A stretch of DNA of 64,000 bases from the human T2T-CHM13v2.0 reference genome, Homo sapiens, in assembly GCF_009914755.1 (NCBI RefSeq), contig NC_060926.1; one strand, 5' to 3'. The translations under genes and the position numbers were made by a program. The notes under the pieces were generated by a model. It was not told the origin of the DNA. It saw nothing but the letters and a program-made list of their open reading frames with translations, and made no database searches. Below, piece after piece: positions 56,546 through 64,000 of the stretch (its first letter is position 1; the number at the start of each line of letters is the position of its first letter).

Positions 56546-57359
56546 AAAGGGCGTGTTAGCTTTCTGCATGGGACGTGTGTGCCAGGTGCAGCCTCTAGTT
56601 GCCATCCGTCTGGGTTGGCATCTCAGTCCCCTTGTGCCCCACTCTGCCCATGGACTCAACATCCCAACTGTGGAAGACACAGGGTCAGAGCCAAGGACAA
56701 GGAGTCCCTGTGCCTCAGAGAACAGGACAAGCCCTGGTAGGGACTGGGGCTCCACAGCGCAGCCCAGCTGGACCGTGTGTCTAGCCCAGAGCCGGGCCAT
56801 CCAGCTCCCTCTCCCTGCTCCCTCACCAGTGCTGGCTTCTCTGTCCCTTCACCAGAGTCTTGAGGCCTTGAGACATACTTTGGGACCACTGCATCACTCA
56901 CTCCACTTCCTCTCCCTGCACCTCCAGGTCCCCCGCTTCAGCTCACAATACCCCTCAGGACAGGGCACTCACCCCATCCAAAGCTCCTCCCACTGCTGGA
57001 TGTACCTGCTGGGGCGACCCCCCAGACAGGGCCTTGCCCAGACAGTGCCCCCTTTAGCAGCCCCTTTCTGTCCCCAATGTCAGTGCCCACCCCCCGCCCA
57101 GTTCTCAGTGCCCAGGATCCCCGAGGCTCAGATGGGCAGATCAGCAGGGGCACGTGGAGCTCCCACAGCACTCCGCAGGACGGGACCCACCCAGAAAGCA
57201 TGTGGGTGGGGGGCCCTTTTCCAGGACCCAGGCCCACAGGGCTCTTGTCCCAGCCTGGAGGGGATGGGCGGGTAACAGGTACCAGCCCCTCTACCCATGT
57301 GGACACCCAGCTGGGCATGTACTCCCACAGGGCAGGGCGTGGGCAGGTAGCACCCAAGC

Positions 57360-57535
57360 TCTCTGATCTCTTACAAGGACACAAATCCTATTGGATCAGG
57401 GCCCACCCTTATGACCTCACTTAACCTTTACCATCTCCTTATAGGCCTTGTCTGCAAATACAGTCAGGTTGGGCATTAGAACTTCAGCATCTAATATTGG
57501 GGGTGGGGAGCGGGACACAATTCAGTCCTTAGCCC
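57360..57535 (-). mobile_element. MLT1A/B MaLR LTR fragment
   Basis: GGATCAGGGCCCACCCTTATGACCTCA..GGACACAATTCAGTCC. Confidence 0.7.
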
Positions 57536-57605
57536 TCTCCTTCCTCAGGACTCCAGCCACATCATGCACAGAACTATGGCCTGTATCCCATGGTGCTCCT
57601 CAGTA

Positions 57606-57881
57606 CAGTCTGGGATACATTCTCAGAAATGAATCATTAGGTGATTTCATTGTTGTGAGAAGATCATAGGGTGTATGTAGACAAACCTAGACGGTGTAGC
57701 CTACTGCACACCCAGATCACGTGGTACAGCATATTGTCCCTCAGCTACAGACCATATAGCAAGTATTTGTGCATCTAAACACAGAAAAGCTACAGTAAAA
57801 ATATGACATTATAATCATATGGGACCACTGTTGTATATGCAGTCTGTCATTGACCAAAACATCATTATATGCCGCATGACT
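57606..57881 (+). mobile_element. Tigger3-type (GOLEM) non-autonomous element
   Basis: GGGATACATTCTCAGAAATG..ATGGGACCACTGTTGTATATGCAGTCTGTCATTGACC. Confidence 0.7.
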
Positions 57882-58329
57882 ATAATATTTATTTTTCTGA
57901 TTACAAAAGTAACACATAATCCCGGTAGAAAGTAAATCTTACTAGTACCAATCCTCCATAATTGGGGATACTTCAAATTTTCATTATTATAAATAGCACT
58001 TCAATCAACACGTTTAGCCATCAGTCTCTTTTTGCATTTCTAGTTATTTCTCTGGAGCTGATGAGTCAAATGATTGGATCAAAGGACATGTGCAGTTGTG
58101 GACTCTTGCTGCATGATAAATTGCCTTCCAAAAGGTTGTGCCAGTTAGCATTCCCACAAGTAGAGTTTGGGAATGCCAGTTGCACACCTCCTTATATTTT
58201 AATAGTTTCCTGAGGTCACCAGAACATGAACATCTGGAGGACAGCAGCTTGCTTGGGCATCACGGACCCCATGTCCAGCTCAATGTACAGCACATAGTAG
58301 GGAATTGCGTTACATGAACGAAGATGTTT

Positions 58330-59570
58330 TTGATTAACTTTCTGGAAACAGTCTTAAAATTAGAGAAAAGTTCTAAGTTTTACACAAAGAACATTTTCCC
58401 CCAGAAACATTTGAGAGTAAATCACCCCAGATTACTTTGGTGAGTGTTGCTACGGGTCAGAACATTCTAACTACAATGCAACTTTCATAATCAGAAAGTT
58501 AATATGAATACATTGTTAGGTAATACATTCTGTTATGTAACCCTCAGATTCTTTTTAAGTTTTATTACTTGTCTGTAATGTCCTTTACAGCAAAAGGATC
58601 TCATTCAAATTCATGGATTGCATTTAGTTGTCATGTCTCTTAGACTCCTTCAGTCTGGAACAGCTCCTCAGTCTTTCCTTGACCTTCATGACCTTTACTC
58701 TTTTGAAAAGCAAAGTCCAGTAATGTAGAAATTTCCTCAGTTGGGTTTCTCTGATGTTTCTTTTAGTATTAGACTTGGACCATACATTTTTTGATGAGTA
58801 TCCTGTGATCTCATTGCATCTTACCATGGGACCTACAATTTTGATTTGTTTTGTTATTGGTGATGTTAGCCTTGATCACCAATGGTGGCATATGCTGGGT
58901 TTCTCCTCTGTCATGTTATTTTTTCACCTTGTAATTAATTTGTATTTTGTGAGGAGGAAATTTGAGACTATGGAAATACATCTGTTCCTCATTAGACTTT
59001 CAATTTACTCATTTACTGGTATCAACATGGATTCATGGCTTATTTCATTCAGTGGGTTATAATTTGTTAATATTTTTTAAATCAGCTTTTCTTTTTAGAA
59101 ATGCTTTATTTTTACAATTTCAGATTTAGAGAAAAAAATTATAAGAATTGTACAAAAAATTCTTGGATGTAATTCCTCAGATATTAACACTTTACCACAT
59201 TTGCTTTATTCATTCTCCTCCTTTTCTCTTTCTAGATAAATACAAATATATATATATAATGAATTTTTTGTGAACATTTTGTAAGTTTTGAACCTGATGC
59301 CTCTGTAAATATTTCAGTGTGTGCTTCCTAAAAATAATTATCTTACATTATTATGGTATGATTCACAAATGAGGAAATTCAAGTTTGTCTAATATTAATA
59401 TCTAATCTACAGACCTTATTCAGATTGTGCCAGCTGTCTCCCTAATATCCTTTGTAGCCAAAGAAAATCAAAGATGGGGATTCACAGTCCATGATGTTTT
59501 GTGTCCAGTTATCCTGTTTCTTTAGTCTCTTAATCTGAGATAGTTTCTCAGTCTTTTTGGTTTTCATGGC
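58330..59570 (-). mobile_element. Old L1MC 3' fragments
   Basis: CATTTAGTTGTCATGTCTCTTAGACTCCTTCAGTCTGGAACAG motif. Confidence 0.65.
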
Positions 59571-59830
59571 ATTTATGTTTATTTTTGTTCTGTTTTGTTT
59601 GGTTTGGTTTTTTTGAGACGGAGCCTCATTGCTGAACGTGAAAATACATTGCTCATCTGATATGTGTATATACATGTATGTTGTAAATACTTTGCAAGTA
59701 TGTTGTGTTTTGTTGATTTTTTTTCTTATATATGGGGTGTTTTAATTTTTATTTTGCTAAACCAACCTTCAAAATGTTTGCTCGTGAAGTCCTTAGGAAG
59801 GTCTTTGTCAACGTGAAAATGTATCTGTAT

Positions 59831-60163
<333 letters not shown>

Positions 60164-60984
60164 TCATTTTGTATATTTAAAATTTTTAATCTATATTCCA
60201 CCAGGAACCTATTTTTGTGACATAAAAATCAGCTAGTTTTCTCCAAACAGCAGGCATTCCATTTATGAATAATTCATCTTTTTCTACTAATATGAAATGT
60301 CACCATTATCAAGTTCTAAATTATTTCATATATATGGGTGTTTCTGGATTTTCTAGTCTGTTCCATTCATTTATGTCTTTCAGCTGTTAGTAAATGACTT
60401 ATAGAAATTAATGGCACATTTTGATATCGAGGAAGGCAAGTCATTTTTCGTTGCATTACAAAAAAATTTTAATGTCATCATAACAGTAAAAGACAGCAAG
60501 TGTAATTTTTAAACGTTAAAACTTTGGTGTTTTTATTTGGTTTAGGCAAAATTGATAAATACAGAAAGAGCTCACATCTTGAGAAAATTCTTTCTATTCA
60601 AGAACATGAACCATCTTCCCACTTTCCTTCTAAGGTTCCTCAGTAAAGTATATATTTACATAGGGGTACGTGGATAGAAAATGGATATTGGATTTTATCT
60701 AAAGAATTTTTAGCCCAGAAGTTGATACATTATGGGAACTATTTCTCTCATTATACACTTTTCTATAATGTGAATAACATGTTTAAAAGTGTATACCTTA
60801 AAAATATTATATAGACAATTCTGTGAGTTAAATCACTTTAAAATTGTCTCTAAAGTGCACTATAGGGAGATTATGGGTGCACTGGAAACCAGCTAAAGTG
60901 TTGTTTTCATTTTGCTGCTCATAGAGAGACCCAGGCCTTGACTCCTCTGAGGCTTCCACATCCCAGGTGCTGCGGGCCCTGCTT

Positions 60985-62342
<1,358 letters not shown>

Positions 62343-63440
62343 TAAGCATTCAGTCACTTCATATTTTTGGCTAAGGTTGATGGTGGTTTTTGATAACTGT
62401 GGGAGTTTTTTTTCAAAATAATACAAAGATTCCTTTTTTTCTTCTTGGGAATTCTGTTTAACAGCCAGTTTCTCACATTTCCTCTCTAATTTGTCTCCCT
62501 TCTTCTACCATTTTATCCCACTTCTGCCTCTTTCATCAACTGGTTTATGATTTCTAAGAGAGTTACACAGAAGTAACAAGCATCTCTGGTTTAAGAACAA
62601 CAGGTTGTCAACATGCTCCAGGACAACAGTAGCAAAATATATGAGGTTAGAGTCTAAAATCATTTCTGCAGAGCAGAAAAGATGAGGAAGCATAAAAGAT
62701 AAGCACATTTAAGTAAAATTGTTCACTTATATATAATTCTTCAGTAATAAAGGGCAACCACAGAGACGTTCTCACTATACATACATCTCCCTCAGAATCC
62801 ATATAATCCATGCTTTTTTGCATTATAACCATTTTTATTTAAATATAGACCCTACTCAGTAGACACCCATCTACTGAAACATAAAACCATCTCCTTTTAA
62901 TTTGCTCATTTGGTAGATTCACTGGACAATATATATCTAAGGAGAGAAATATAATATCTGGAATATATATATGTATATATTGGACACATATATAGAGAGA
63001 GAGAACATAAGATCTGGAAAATATTAAAGGTTTTTTCATTTCTTTATAACATGAAATACTCCATTTCATTATTTTTAACTCCAAAAAAGTCTGCATCTGA
63101 TTGCTAATGGTATATCAATTCACCTTAAAAATTCCATTTAGGTGTTCAGTAAACAAAACCCAGAAATACTACTTTCTTCCTAAAGGAAAGCAAAAAAACA
63201 TGATCATCCACTTTAATTACATGGTCTCTATCACATAATTTATGGAACCTGTGGGTTTTAACTGTGCAAATTTGGTGTAAAAAAAAATTGACATGGATGA
63301 GATTACTAACTAGAGGTCTTTAAGATGAGTTTGATTTAACTGCTGCTGCTTCTGCTTCACTCACTATAAGTCCATCAACATCCTCTTCTAGTCTTACAGT
63401 TAAGTCTGAAGGCTTTCAGCATTAAGAAATATATATACAG

Positions 63441-63803
<363 letters not shown>

Positions 63804-64000
63804 TCATTAGTAATAAATGTATGCAATATATATGATTTTGAACCTAAATGACACTAACTGGTTGAGCAAGGATAAAGTGCTTCTTCTATGAAACCAATCC
63901 AGAAGACCTTAGAATTTCACATGCTAGAGATCTTAAATTTTCACTCATTTGACAGATCCTTCTGTGTGACAGATACTCTTATCCTGGGTCACAATCTTGC

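Overview
Primate (very probably human) nuclear DNA with no intact protein-coding gene that I can support; it is a segmental-duplication mosaic of pseudogenes and repeats. Left to right: (1) an unprocessed, internally deleted COL11A2-like pseudogene (~4.3-24.7 kb, +). One of its introns holds (2) a ~12 kb NUMT (ND1 to CYTB with 17 tRNA remnants and OL) that is circularly permuted in CYTB, has a 13-bp terminal repeat and is interrupted by a MER11 solo LTR; an LTR22 sits 24 bp from its right end. (3) A CpG island that appears to be built on old Alu/L1 sequence. (4) Tigger1 with nested Alus. (5) A 5'-inverted L1PB carrying an RPL19 retrocopy. (6) LTR18, a REP522-like palindrome with diverged inverted outer arms, and MER85. 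(7) A rearranged TEKT4 pseudogene whose first and last exons are on opposite strands, with 43-bp inverted repeats at the likely inversion breakpoints, plus an isolated ASB13-like exon. (8) L1/Alu-rich sequence. I found no new coding or prokaryote-type system; the most notable signal is the NUMT architecture. All family and gene calls come from recalled reference sequences, not from database searches.
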